Source of the DNA: Trichosphaerium sp. ATCC 40318
Taxonomy: Eukaryota > Protista > Tubulinea
DNA length: 64,000 nucleotides
Direction: 5' to 3'
Assembly: GCA_038496445.1 (NCBI GenBank)
Contig: JALMLS010000466.1
Span: forward strand, 248,001-312,000
The notes beneath the pieces are model-generated. The model worked only from the letters and a program-made list of their open reading frames with translations. It made no database searches and was not told the DNA's origin. Position 1 is the stretch's first letter, and every line of letters starts with the position of its first letter. The position numbers and the translations under genes were made by a program. Positions 52,669 to 64,000 of this stretch are shown piece after piece.

Positions 52669-55666
52669 ATGTATAAGAGTCACGCTTTAAAGATTGTTTG
52701 GTACGGGTTTTGATCAATTCTCGAATTTCTTCTTAAAGTACTAGTGTTGGGGATGCTAGCTCTAAGAAAGAAAGGCTAAATTATGCGTTTATACATCCAG
52801 ACGATACTGCGACCTTACAAAGGGTTAAATTCGCATTACCAACTGGAAGTACGTGCAATCGGAGCGTTCCATGAAAGCAAAGCCATCGAAAGAACCGTCT
52901 TCATTGAAATTTCTTTGTGACGCGTTGTCAACACGATCTAAATCGTTCTAGCGTCATTTGAAGCAGAAACTATAGTAAACGATAAACAAATATCCCTGTT
53001 ACTAACAGATGTGCATGGTACGCAACATACAGTAACCAAGGTTGACAAAGGCAGGCCTTGAGGGACCCGAAAAATTAAATGAGCGACAAAGCACTTATAA
53101 AGACGCAGCAGTATTTATCGTAGCGTTCTCAATAGCAGACCCAAACAGCTTTGACAACCTGGTGACAACCGTGCGTAAATGCATTTAAAGAATTGTAGAA
53201 TGCTGAATTCGCGATTTAGTGGGTAAAAGAATTGACAGGTTACGATAGTAATGTTCCAATTCTACTTGTTGGCACTGACTGTCAAGTCCGTGAAGATTTT
53301 GATGCTTTAACTCGATTGAAGTGTAAGAAGATAGTCCCAGTAACAAAGAAAAAGGCTGAGAAGCTAGCCAAGAAGCTAGGATTTCAATATTTCGAGTGTT
53401 CTACATACCAAGGCATTGGGATTGGTACGTTAACGTTTTTGGATGATTGTGTGTTTTAACAACAAGCTTTAGAGCCTATTTATGATGAAGCGACTTCTAT
53501 AGGGTTACAGAAGCTTTCTGATGCTGTAGCTAAAGCAAGAGAAGCTACTAGACGCCAAAAGAGCTTGCTTAAAGTAGAGAAGAGTTTTAGGAAACCACAT
53601 TCGGGTAGACCTCACACAGCGCGTGAAAGGTAGCCTCACAGTAATTGTTTGTTGGCACTAATTGTTTTACAAGGATTGATGCTACTGATGCGACACTTCG
53701 TCATTTTGGCGTATTGCGCGGTAATGGAGGTGGAAGTACACCTGTAATACAGACTGTAGCAAAACCTGGATCTCGTACAAGCCTTGGGATACCAAAGAAG
53801 AATAGTCTTCGTCGTGCAAACTCTGATAATGGCATGCATAGACAAAGAAAACAAGTACAACTATTTGCGTCATTGTGTGATTTTAGTAACGTCGCTAAAG
53901 CTGTTTGTACGTACAACATTGACCTGACAAAATAACAATCTGTGCTGAGTTGACTCTACTTTTATAGCTGATACTTTCGAACGTACGAGGCCACAGATAC
54001 GTATTCATGAATTAGCAGATGTTAAGCCACAGCAAGTGTTTCAAGGTGGCTCTGAAAGTGGTACGCAAAAAAAAGGGTTGAGTTTTTGTTCTTCTCTTAT
54101 GATCTTCCTAGGAGCTTCATTTGAGTCCTTGAATGATATTGTAGGAAGTAAAGTTGTGTCAACTACGAGCAAAGGACAAGACACAAGCAATCTACCACTA
54201 CATAGGTATGATAGTGTGATACTTGATTATCAACTAATTGGTTTGTTTTTACAGTTTCATGGTTGAGTACTATGACAATCAAACGTTATTTTTGGCAACA
54301 TCAACGGCTAAGCAAGGTCAGAAGAGAGCGCTGCGTATTTGTGAAAGTGCATTTATGGAGCACATGAGGGTACGTTGTTAGTTGGTTTTTTTTTTGAATA
54401 GATTTTACTTACATTTTTTGTTTAGGATAGGCAACCCCAAGTATTTAATTCACATCAAATTATAAAGAGTTGTTTGCAAGCTATTAGTTTTGCACACTTC
54501 GAGGTAGGAACAACTGGACGCTGTCAGGTTATTGGCGGCTTAGTAGTAAAAATGAAGACTGTGCGTCAGATAGCAATAAGTTTCATCCTTCTTATGACCT
54601 TTGTAGGCCCCAGGTGCTAGTAAAGAAAAATGGCTATTTGTGGGCGTGGGCGTAGGTTCTACCAAGGTATTTCAGTACACTCCCGGAATTAAGATGCAAC
54701 AAGTGACAAAAGACAGTCTAGTTGGTACGTTTTTGCCAAAAAAAGTTGGTTGTTTTTGTTAGCGGGATCTTACTTTCTTTTTCAGGTGGTTACGGTTCTA
54801 TTGGTACAGACGAGGGACCTCCTGAACAACTAGTACATTGCTATCAACAAGAATGTAAACCTGGAGACATATTCATATTTGCAACACACGTGCGTCTTTA
54901 ACAACAATTTGATGTTCTTTTTGCTTGATCCTTTTCTTGGTTTTATTTTTATTAACTTCCTGCTTAGTCTACGTATCTTAACTTTGATCCTGAATATTCA
55001 GGCGTACCTCCTTCACAGCTCCGTGTAGATAGTGCTATCTGGTCAAGTAGGAAAAAAGTTGATCAACGTGCAAAGGACAAGTACATTGAAGAACGGTTAC
55101 AACAAACAGTACACAAATGTGCTGAAACAAATCCAAAGAGTATTTGCGCCAGGATACTCATGGATGCTAAACATACAGCATGGAAGCCTAGAAGTAACTC
55201 TGTTACGCAACCTGGAGTGATAATTGATTGTCCATTGACTGAACACAAAGGATTCTGTGGCGTCATGTGTTTTGTTGTTGGCAATGTCAAAGATGATACA
55301 AGAAGAAGGTCTTCAACTGTACCTATGGTTCGTAAGCGTTCTCCACTTGTAAGTAAGCGAAAAGAACATACACATACAAGTAGAGAAAGATTACTAATAC
55401 CTGGACAAATACATAACAATGTAAGAAAAGTAGAAAAGAAGAAAGAAGTCATACAAGATACAAAGCCAAAACAAAAACCAAAACCAAAAAAAAACTTTGA
55501 AGAAAAAAAAGAGAAACTACCGATTGTATCTGTTACAGAGACAAATGCTTTTACTTCTACTCTTGGTGCTGATGATGAGATGTTTGAAAAAGATGATAAG
55601 CACGTTTTTGCTTCTCTAGGTTTGTTCCAAAAGCCTTCATCGTCTGAAAGAAGTAGCAAGGAGTAG
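52669..55666 (+). CDS. Fusion of a degenerate Rho-family GTPase domain and a degenerate PP2C-like (TipA/CG9801-type) domain; multi-exon
   Basis: KIVCVGDASSKKE, LLLTDVHG, FSIADPNSFDNL..WVKEL, PILLVGTDCQVR, YFECS (Rho fold). Then KWLFVGVGVGSTKVFQY, ECKPGDIFIFATH, YLNFDPE, GFCGVMCFVVG (PP2C-like fold). Confidence 0.7.
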
Positions 55667-55723
55667 AGTTGTTATTTAACTTAGATTCTCTGCTTTCTTT
55701 GTTGTGAAGAGATACTTGTAATT

Positions 55724-57421
55724 TTATTTGTCCAAGTTTGTAAAAAATGTTGTACATATTTGGCTTGCTGCCATTGATGGGCTGAGTATGCCTATTGAAT
55801 AAACTTAATGCTCAAAAAAAAAACTTGTGTTTTTAACACTTATCGTCACAAAATGGAAATTGAAATTGAAATTGATTCAATACCTTCATGGACTTGTTTT
55901 TGAATTGATGGTAAAAGCTTTGCAACACTTTCATCAGAATGAAGGCGCTTATTAATCTCTTCGTCAACAAGTTGCCACATCCAAGTTTGACGCTGATCAG
56001 CCCTAAACAAGCAATCAACTCACAAAAAAACCATGTTAAGCTACTCTCGTTTGTTTTAACGAACCTCTTTTTGTGTAATCGATTGTCTCTAGACATCTCT
56101 TTGTAATATGATTCAGCTAACTCCCATACCTTATCTATACCTTCTTTAGCATAGGCTGAACACTTGACTGTCTATAAACTTATAAATAAGCAGTTGAGAA
56201 TAATAATAATGTTTGATCTTACAGATGCACGCCAGAAATTTGTTTTTGGTCTTAGGAGCTTTAGAGCTGATGAATACTCGAATTGTGCAATTCTTGCTGA
56301 GTTTTTTAAATCTCCATCATCTTTAGTTATTATGACAGCATCCGCAATTTCTACAACTCCTTTCTTAAGACCCTACAAAACACATTTAGACATTGTGCGA
56401 AAATATACATGCTAGAGGTTTTTTGGATGAACTCGTACCTGTAATTCATCACCTCCTGCTGGCGGTACAAGCAAACAAAACATATCTACCTATGATTAAA
56501 CAATTAAAACAGTACGGCAAAAAAAAGTGACACGTGATATCAATGTTTCAAAATGTCAATAGCAATAATACCATTGACTCCACAGCTACTTCTGACTGGC
56601 CTACTCCAACTGTTTCAACAAGAATAACATCATACCCAGCTTCTATACTCACAGTGTTATCTAAAAGAGTAATATCATCACCTGCGTACCTTCACAAAGC
56701 AAAACAGTCTCCGAAGTACTACGGGTTACACCTCCCAGAGAACCTGTAAAAAAAAACGTTTAAACTCTGATCCTTAGCACTAAGCAGGCATCGTACCTTT
56801 TGACGGAGACGGTCTGACATATGCATTCTCGTGTAACGACAGCGTTGGCATACGTGTTTTATCTGCCAAAATTGCTCCTCCTGTACGAGTCGAAGAGGGA
56901 TCTACTGCCTACTTTTTCATAAAAAATCATGAAAAAATCGGAGTTCTTGTACCAGAACTGCAACTTTTTTGTTCTTAGCAATCAGATACATCCCAAAAGC
57001 TTCTATAAATGTAGATTTACCAACGCCAGGGGCGCCTGAAAGTCCTATTCTGTAGATGTCAAGCTTTGACGTTTTTTAGATTGTACCTGAACGTTTTCTT
57101 TGGGTTTTTGGCTCTATGGCGTAGAATATTATCAACTAGAGCGTTGGCCTCTAAGTTATCGTTGTGGAGTGAAGATTCAACTAGTTTTAATGTGAGAATG
57201 TTTGTACAGTCGTTTTTAGATGTACTGAGCGTAATGCTTCTCGCTAGAGAGCGTCTACTTCCAGTTCTAATTTTTTCAAGCGTTTTCGCTGCTCTTGCTT
57301 CTGGAGTAGCCGCAGTTGAGTATGTTCTTAGTTGTATGAGGCTTTTTTATGTTTAAACGTTGGCCTACCTGCATTTGTGCTTGACAATACTACGTGCAAT
57401 CCCACCGCGAATTCTAAGCAT
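55724..57421 (-). CDS. MMAA: Mitochondrial methylmalonic aciduria type A GTPase (MeaB/ArgK family)
   Basis: Arg-rich presequence [11 protein letters not shown]; [15 protein letters not shown]; [19 protein letters not shown]; ETVGVGQSE; [13 protein letters not shown]; TKDDGDL. Confidence 0.92.
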
Positions 57422-57736
57422 CACTAAAGCATGTGGTAATAACGGAAAGTTTGCCCAAGCGGTGTTTTGCAGGCAAAATCTGACATTTCACAAAACCTGT
57501 CGCTAAAACGGAATAAACACCTTCGAACGTACGACTGAATTCGTCAAGTCATAAACAACAGTTAATCAGCCCATACAAAGTAGCGCTACATTACGTACGA
57601 ATACGTACTTTCTAGAAACTGCCACACGTTTCGTATATTATAAATATCTCTATGTTACTTACACTAGATTTTCTAAAACTAGCTGATTGCCAACAATCAA
57701 TTTGTACAAAACTAATAGTAAAAATCTAGGAGTTCA

Positions 57737-59864
57737 ATGAATACAAGTCAACAATCCATCTGCGTTTTTCTACTTTTGTTTGGGATTACCCTTACAAATG
57801 GCTTTATGTTTCCACAATCTCATGTCAACGTAGACCTTCAGGAAGAGGTACTAAGCTGTGTACAAGCAAACCTTTTTTTTACCAATCCATTTAGATTCCT
57901 GAGGCTTGTCCTGTTCAACCCCAACCGTTGGAATTACCTACACCATTACCCAGTAAACTAACAGACGCGCTAAATGCTGCGGAGCAAGAACTGAAAGCGC
58001 TCATGGCGAGTAATACTGTACGAATACTTTATTTCTTTTTTTTTCTTATCACAATTTTAAGTCTTGCTTTGCTCCTGGTGCCTCTGCTATTGCTGTTTAT
58101 CAAGACAAAGTAATTTGGTCTTTCAACTCAGGAATGATTGACAAATCAAAACCAACCCTCGCACCCACTGGAGATACACTCTTTCGGCATGTTGCATACT
58201 TCTAACCTCAATAACTTTTTTCCATAGCATTGGAAGTGTAAGTAAACTATTCCCTACTCTCCTCCTATACCAAGCAGCTTCTGATCCTAACATTCTCGTA
58301 AGCAAACAGAATTAGTATGATGTCGTACTCACGAACTTGTATAGCTATCACTTGACGATGATATAACTAAGCAAGTGCCAAATTTCTCAATATTAGATTC
58401 AAAAGCTGTTCCTACATCAGTCACGTGGAGAGCCGTTGCTTCGCAGCTCTCAGGTCTTCCTAGAGAGGCACCATGTACCCTCATTGAATGCTCAGCGTCT
58501 ACGGATGAAATTCTAAAAAGACTTTCAACAAAAAGGCAGGTGTTCCCAATGTGGAAGCGTCCATCGTATTCAAGTGAGTACATACTTTTCTTACAATCTA
58601 TTTTTGTTCTTCTCCAGTTAACTTTCTTTTTTCTAGACTTGGGGTTTGATCTAATTGGTCACTTGATTGCCGAGAAAGTATACAATACTAATTTCGAAGA
58701 CTTGGTGGCAAAGAACATTACAGACAAGCTGTCTATGAAAGATACCGGTTTTGTGCTTTCACCAAGTGTCAAAAGCCGTATGGCGAAAGCATACAATATA
58801 GCAGGTGTTGAAATGCCACTATACGATCTAGGTACACTTTATACGGGAGTACTTTATTCTAACATCTCACAGGATGGTCAAGTCCAGCAGGTCAGATGTA
58901 CTCCTCCACAAATGATCTCGCAAAATTTATGATAATGTACCAACTCTTTAGCGACTTTATTTAACACATGATTATCACGTGTACTAAATTTATTAGGTTC
59001 TTAAAGGATAACAATGGTACTTCAGAGATACTTCCTGCTAAATGGTACTTGCTCCATCTCAAATGGAGGGTATTTTGACAAAACTGTTAGGCTTGCTGAA
59101 ATGATGAATCCAGTTTTTGTTAACCAAGATGGACAGTCGGGGTTTGGGTGCGTTTAGTTGTAATGTATGAATGATAATAATCACGTATAGAACTCCTTGG
59201 GAGATGATGTATTTGCAAAACTACTGGGTGAAACAAAAAGGTGGAAGCTTAGGAGGGTACATTTTTAAGCCAAATACTTTTATTAAAAATTTACCTTGGT
59301 TTTGTAGATTCCTATCAAGCTTTAACGTCATACCTGAAATACAACTTGGTTTCTCTATATTGTTCAATGGCCCTTGTTCAACGAGTCAAGCGACTGATTC
59401 ATTTATGAACAACGTTATACCCGCATTAAAGTCTGTAAGTTATTTATATCCAAAGTCAAAAGACGTTTTCTAAACAATCTTAGGTACTCGATGATTTGGC
59501 TCCACCAAGCCCTCCACTACCACCTGATTACACTAAATACGAAGGTTAGTACTGCTTTCCTTTTGATTCTATTGATTGAATGTACTTAGGTGTTTATGAT
59601 CCTCAAACAAAGGTTGCGTATGTTGAAAGCTACGGATTGATTATCTATTTTCAACTTGCAAGCTATACTCATTCGTACTACCTATCTTGGACCGATGGTG
59701 ATAATTTCCAATTGTATGCTGGTGTTAATTTGATGGGTACTTGTATACAGGGAGAACTTGGCGCTGCAGTGGGCCAATGGGTTACCTTCACCGAAACGCC
59801 AAACGGAGGCATGTCATTCACAGTTGAAGGCCTTTTTGGTACTATCGTATTTACACGCCAATGA
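57737..59864 (+). CDS. Secreted serine beta-lactamase-like protein (LACTBL1/AmpC-type fold)
   Basis: Signal peptide; FRIGSVSK (SxxK); SGLPRE; PSYSNLGF (YxN); PAGQMYS; KGGSLGG. Confidence 0.85.
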
Positions 59865-60153
59865 AATATGTACCATCCACCGACAATAAATCAGTACTCG
59901 TGAAACACTTAATATTACATACCGCGCTCGTTAGCTAGAATTCTAAATCTTGAATTTTTTGTTGCAAAAACACGTGATATTTCTGTACAAAGAAGTCTGC
60001 ATAGAGCATTGGTGTATTGACGCCATGTTTACCTTACCCGATAGTGCTTTTTCCAAAAGCAAGGTTGGTTAGTGACATTGTAAAGTCAAGGAAATGTCAA
60101 AGTGAGTTAACGACTTTTTTTTTTCGATTAACTACAAAGAGGCGGGAAGTACA

Positions 60154-62575
60154 ATGCAATCGTCTCTAACTAGCTTCTTTAAAAGCGCACCAGGCAATAG
60201 TAAGCCAAAAGCGAGGTCTCCACGCAAACAAACAGAAGAGGAAAAAGAATACCTTAGTTTATTAAATAATGACTGGAAAGACGTCCTAAACGTTGAATTT
60301 CAAAAGGGATACATGCGTAGGCTATTTACATTCCTCAAAAAGGAGGAAGAAGGTGGTGCAGTTGTATACCCTCCAAAAATCGAAATATTCAGCGCATTCA
60401 ACTTAACATCATTCTCTAACGTTAAAGTCGTTATGATTGGCCAAGGTACTATTCGTTACAAAACAATTTTTTATCCATTTTATCCTTTGAGCCTATTTTG
60501 ACATGTTTTTACTCCAGATCCTTATCACAACCCAAAACAAGCCCATGGACTTTGTTTTTCTGTAAAACCTGGTGTCAGAAGACCACCAAGTCTAATTAAC
60601 GTATATAAAGAGCTCGAAAATGATATAGAGGTATGTCACGTGTTATTGTTTGATCAAAAGCAAAAGTTACAAAAAAAAAACAAACCGCTGACAATTTTTT
60701 GATGTTTAGGGATTTACAAGGCCTAAGCATGGTTTTTTGGAAAAGTGGGCTCGTCAGGGTGTCTTCATGCTTAACAACGTTCTTACAGTAAGACGTAATG
60801 AACCAAAATCTCACAGTAACAAAGGTAAGCTTCAATCATGATTCTGCTCATCTTCGTCATCTTCTTCTTCGAATGCTCACGTGATTTTCTTCGTAGGGTG
60901 GGAGACATTTACTGATGCTGCTATAAATGCTATTGCACGCAAATCGAAGGTACAAAGAAAAAATCCTTCCAGCTTTTACAACAATATGAATCCTTGAAGA
61001 GTTTTTTTGCTTACATTGCTTGTAGAATGTTGTGTTTATGTTATGGGGTAAAGACGCACAAAAGAAAGCACGATATGTAAATGAAAGCGAACATAAGGTA
61101 TTAAAAGCCGGACATCCATCACCACTTAATGCAAGAGGAGGTTAGTAAAAGTAGCTACTTTAAACGGAATATCTTTATCCAAAAAAAAAAAAAATTGGTT
61201 GCACTTTGCACTTGACTAACCCTCTTCTACTTAGGTTTTCTTGGTTGTAGACACTTCACTATTGCCAATGACTATTTGAAGAAACATGGTAAAGAACCTA
61301 TCGACTGGTGTCTAAGTGATACAGTCAATGAGAAGGCTTACTTTTCAAAGTTTTCAAAACCAAAACCTGCCCCAAAACCAATACCACCGAAACCTACTAC
61401 CCAAAAAACAAAGCCTAAGAGTACAAAACCTAAATCAAAGCCTAAAGATGTAGAAATGGAGGATGCGCCAGAGGTATGATCAGAAAAGTAACAACGGATG
61501 AGCTCTTTTTTTTCCTTTTTCTCTTTGTTTCTTTGTCTTACGTTCTTTTTTTGAAGGAATCCTCTGAGCCTGAGGTCGTAATACCACCAAAACCTAAAAG
61601 ACCCAAGAATGCATACATGTTTTATATTGCTGATAAACGTGAATCTGTTAAAGCAGAGAAGCCGGAGCTCAAGGTAACTTAGTTCATAAGTTTTTTTTAC
61701 TTAACTTATCTTCTTCTGTTTTGTTGGCTTTCTTTTTTTTTAAATGTCCCTTCGCTTATTATCATGTTAGCCTCAAGAAGTTGTTAGTTATGTTAGTGGT
61801 CTATGGAATGCTATGAGCAGTGAAGAAAAACAAGTACGAAGCAAATAGTAGAGTAACTTTAGTTCAACAAAAAAAATGAAAGATTCTGAAATACAACTTT
61901 CAACAAACATACTCACCTCACCTAGCCATACACAAAGAAAGCAAATAAAGATAAAGAACGTTATAGACGTGAGAACGAAATATGGAAAGCCAAGCACGGA
62001 TCAGACGAAGCTGCTTCTAAAAAAAGAAAGGCTCCTGACTCTTCAGACCAAGATGAACCGAAGTCTAAAAAACAGAAAAAATCGAAAAAAGTACAGAAAA
62101 AAAAAAAAGTTAGCACCACATACTTTTCTTGGTATTTTCTTTGCTTGTTAACCTTTTTTTAAGGATCCTCTAGCACCAAAGCGCTCAAAGAACGCGTTTA
62201 TGTTCTTTACAGAGCACATGAGGGTCGTCTTGAAAGGTACTTATACTTTTTTTCCTACAATATTCTGTTTCTTACTCCTTGGTTAGAAGAGCACCCTGAG
62301 CTTAAAGTATGCGATTTTAATACTCTTGAGTACAATTTTTATGGCGTTTTAACGTTTGTTTAGAAGCAGCAAGATGTTTTACGATTGATTGGAGAGCGCT
62401 GGAAGGAATTAAATGAAGAGGACAAAAAAGTACAATAAATTAAACAACTTAACCCTGTTCGTTTTCTAACGTTTTTTTTCTCTTCTAGCCTTTCTTAGAG
62501 AAACAAAAGAACGATAAAGAGCGTTATGCTACAGAAATGAGTGAGTATAGAGCTACTAAGACACCTGAAGAGTAG
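60154..62575 (+). CDS. UNG: Family-1 uracil-DNA glycosylase with N-terminal PIP box, fused to two C-terminal HMG boxes
   Basis: MQSSLTSFF (PIP box); [39 protein letters not shown]. The frame continues through a K/P linker into [11 protein letters not shown]...W...DKERY and [12 protein letters not shown]...GERWKEL...DKERY. Stop at 62575. Confidence 0.9.
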
Positions 62576-62730
62576 AATAAAAAGAAAACAACATAGAAGA
62601 CTTGACCCGTAAAATTAAATGTAAAAAACCCTTATAAAGTTTTTGAAGTAAGATCGTGCTACTTTCAATAGGCTTTTTCAACTGAAGTTATTGTGAGTTG
62701 TGAAAACGCTCCAAACTTTAATATAGACTC

Positions 62731-63103
62731 CTACCAAATGACAGTCGTCATCGCTATACATTTGATAGTAATGATGTTGAAAGAAGAGAGATTTTTCCTT
62801 ATAACTTGGTTGATAGCATGTGCTGCAACCACAAAGATTATAATCCAAATCGTCAAGATGATAGAGGTAATACAGCATGCTATGGAAGCTTGTAAAAGTG
62901 TAAACTTTGAAATTGCAAGGTCATTATCCATATCTTTATCACATAACTACAGAACATTGTTCCAGATCAAGATCTCAATGTTGCAGCAAGTGAACAAGAG
63001 GAGATAAATTGGTTGTCAATGGTGGCGCATTAGGTATTGCTACTGAACGAGCAAAAGAGCTTGGATAATTGATGGATTAATCACGTGTACAATTAGATGA
63101 CAT
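62731..63103 (-). CDS. Possible small single-TM hypothetical protein
   Basis: Hydrophobic ORF 62731-62931 plus small spliceable upstream exons. No family recognised. Confidence 0.3.
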
Positions 63104-63311
63104 TGATAAAAGTTTGTTGGTAGAACTTGGGTTCACAGTCTTTGAACACGTGTCAAAGCGATAAAAGCAAAGAAAAACAAGTTGTATTAGAAAATTATTT
63201 AATTAAATCACATAAACGCTATGTATGCTTAACAAACTTGTTCCATAATTAATCACATAAACACCATTCATAACATTTTTAAATTGAAGCAACACCCACA
63301 TAGGTACATAG

Positions 63312-64000
63312 CTATACCTTCTTGTCCATATCTTGGGCAATCTTTGCGAGCATTGCAATGCGTTCAGGGGAGAATTCATGAATCTCAGCCATAGTGTCCA
63401 TTCTCCAGACCATCTTTACATAGAATTTTCTTTCGAGCTTGATTACAGTCAGTTAGTGGTACTACGATCGCGATTTGAACTAACGCACCTCTAAATGACC
63501 TAAAGTTGTATTGGCTGCATTCATCAACTCATCTATGGCCTGAACAGCTCGTTTACTTTGAGATGGTTGTTTTATAAACCTTGAAAATATGTGGTTATCT
63601 ACGCGTTATCAGTAATGCTGTGATGTGTAATGCGATGACCGCCAATAAACAATAATCGGTAGTTATACCTATTGAGTTTGTTCCGAAGATTTTTAAAAAG
63701 TGCGAAGAATCCAATGATTTCTTGATCATCTTTATAGACTCCTTTATTTCCTCAGAATGCTTTTTTTCCTTGTGCTATTTTTTCGCGTGTAAGCGACAAG
63801 CATGTTTCATTGAAACTGAAAAAATACAAAGCGTTGTACCTGTACAAGTTCTTTAAGTAACTGTAAAGGTTGTATAACTAGATCTACATGTCGCGGTATT
63901 CTACAAAATATTGTTAGACAAACTTGACCTTTTCGTCTTTAAACGTACTTAACGTTGCCCAGTGTATTGGCTTTAGTGTCACAACGTCTTCTATCCGCTC
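63312..64000 (-). CDS. 3' end of a hypothetical protein that starts beyond the window end
   Basis: GT-AG-linked exons ending LERKFYVKMVWRMDTMAEIHEFSPERIAMLAKIAQDMDKKV-stop. Confidence 0.5.

Noticed and set aside
63800-63905. IPRH...LLKELV resembling the end of a RhoGEF DH domain
   Set aside because: The spacing does not match and the gene is truncated by the window edge.
1-64000. tRNA, rRNA, snRNA, CRISPR arrays, SECIS elements, U12 (AT-AC) introns, prokaryotic operons
   Set aside because: None was recognisable by eye. A covariance-model search (tRNAscan-SE, Rfam) would be needed to exclude small RNAs in the spacers.

Overview
This is gene-dense, AT-rich eukaryotic DNA with many short spliceosomal introns (about 40-100 nt, often GTACGT-type donors). 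It is most consistent with a free-living protist, probably an amoebozoan. That is an inference from a C2-domain formin, a TipA/CG9801-type PP2C-like fold and a LACTBL1-like protein. The ORF track is fragmented by introns, so about 20 gene models were assembled by hand and exon boundaries are approximate. Content: 5' part of a giant BIRC6/BRUCE-like gene; a coiled-coil/SAM/SAPS-like gene; a beta-helix-like type I surface protein plus an orphan copy of its last exon; two tandem F-box/kinase-like genes; LITAF; a TEX2/Nvj2-like SMP lipid-transfer protein; a two-domain Vps10/sortilin; a C2 formin; an intronless bacterial-looking carbohydrate-binding pseudogene hit by an 866-bp hAT element; an SLC49-like MFS; a lectin-less ppGalNAc-T; an OTUD3-like DUB; a pseudo-Rho/pseudo-PP2C fusion; MMAA; a secreted beta-lactamase-like protein; and a PIP-box uracil-DNA glycosylase fused to two HMG boxes. 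The most interesting items are the UNG-HMG-HMG fusion, the double-pseudoenzyme Rho/PP2C fusion, the diversifying F-box-kinase pair, the ExH ppGalNAc-T and the zinc-less BIR. No database searches were run, so all novelty statements need checking.
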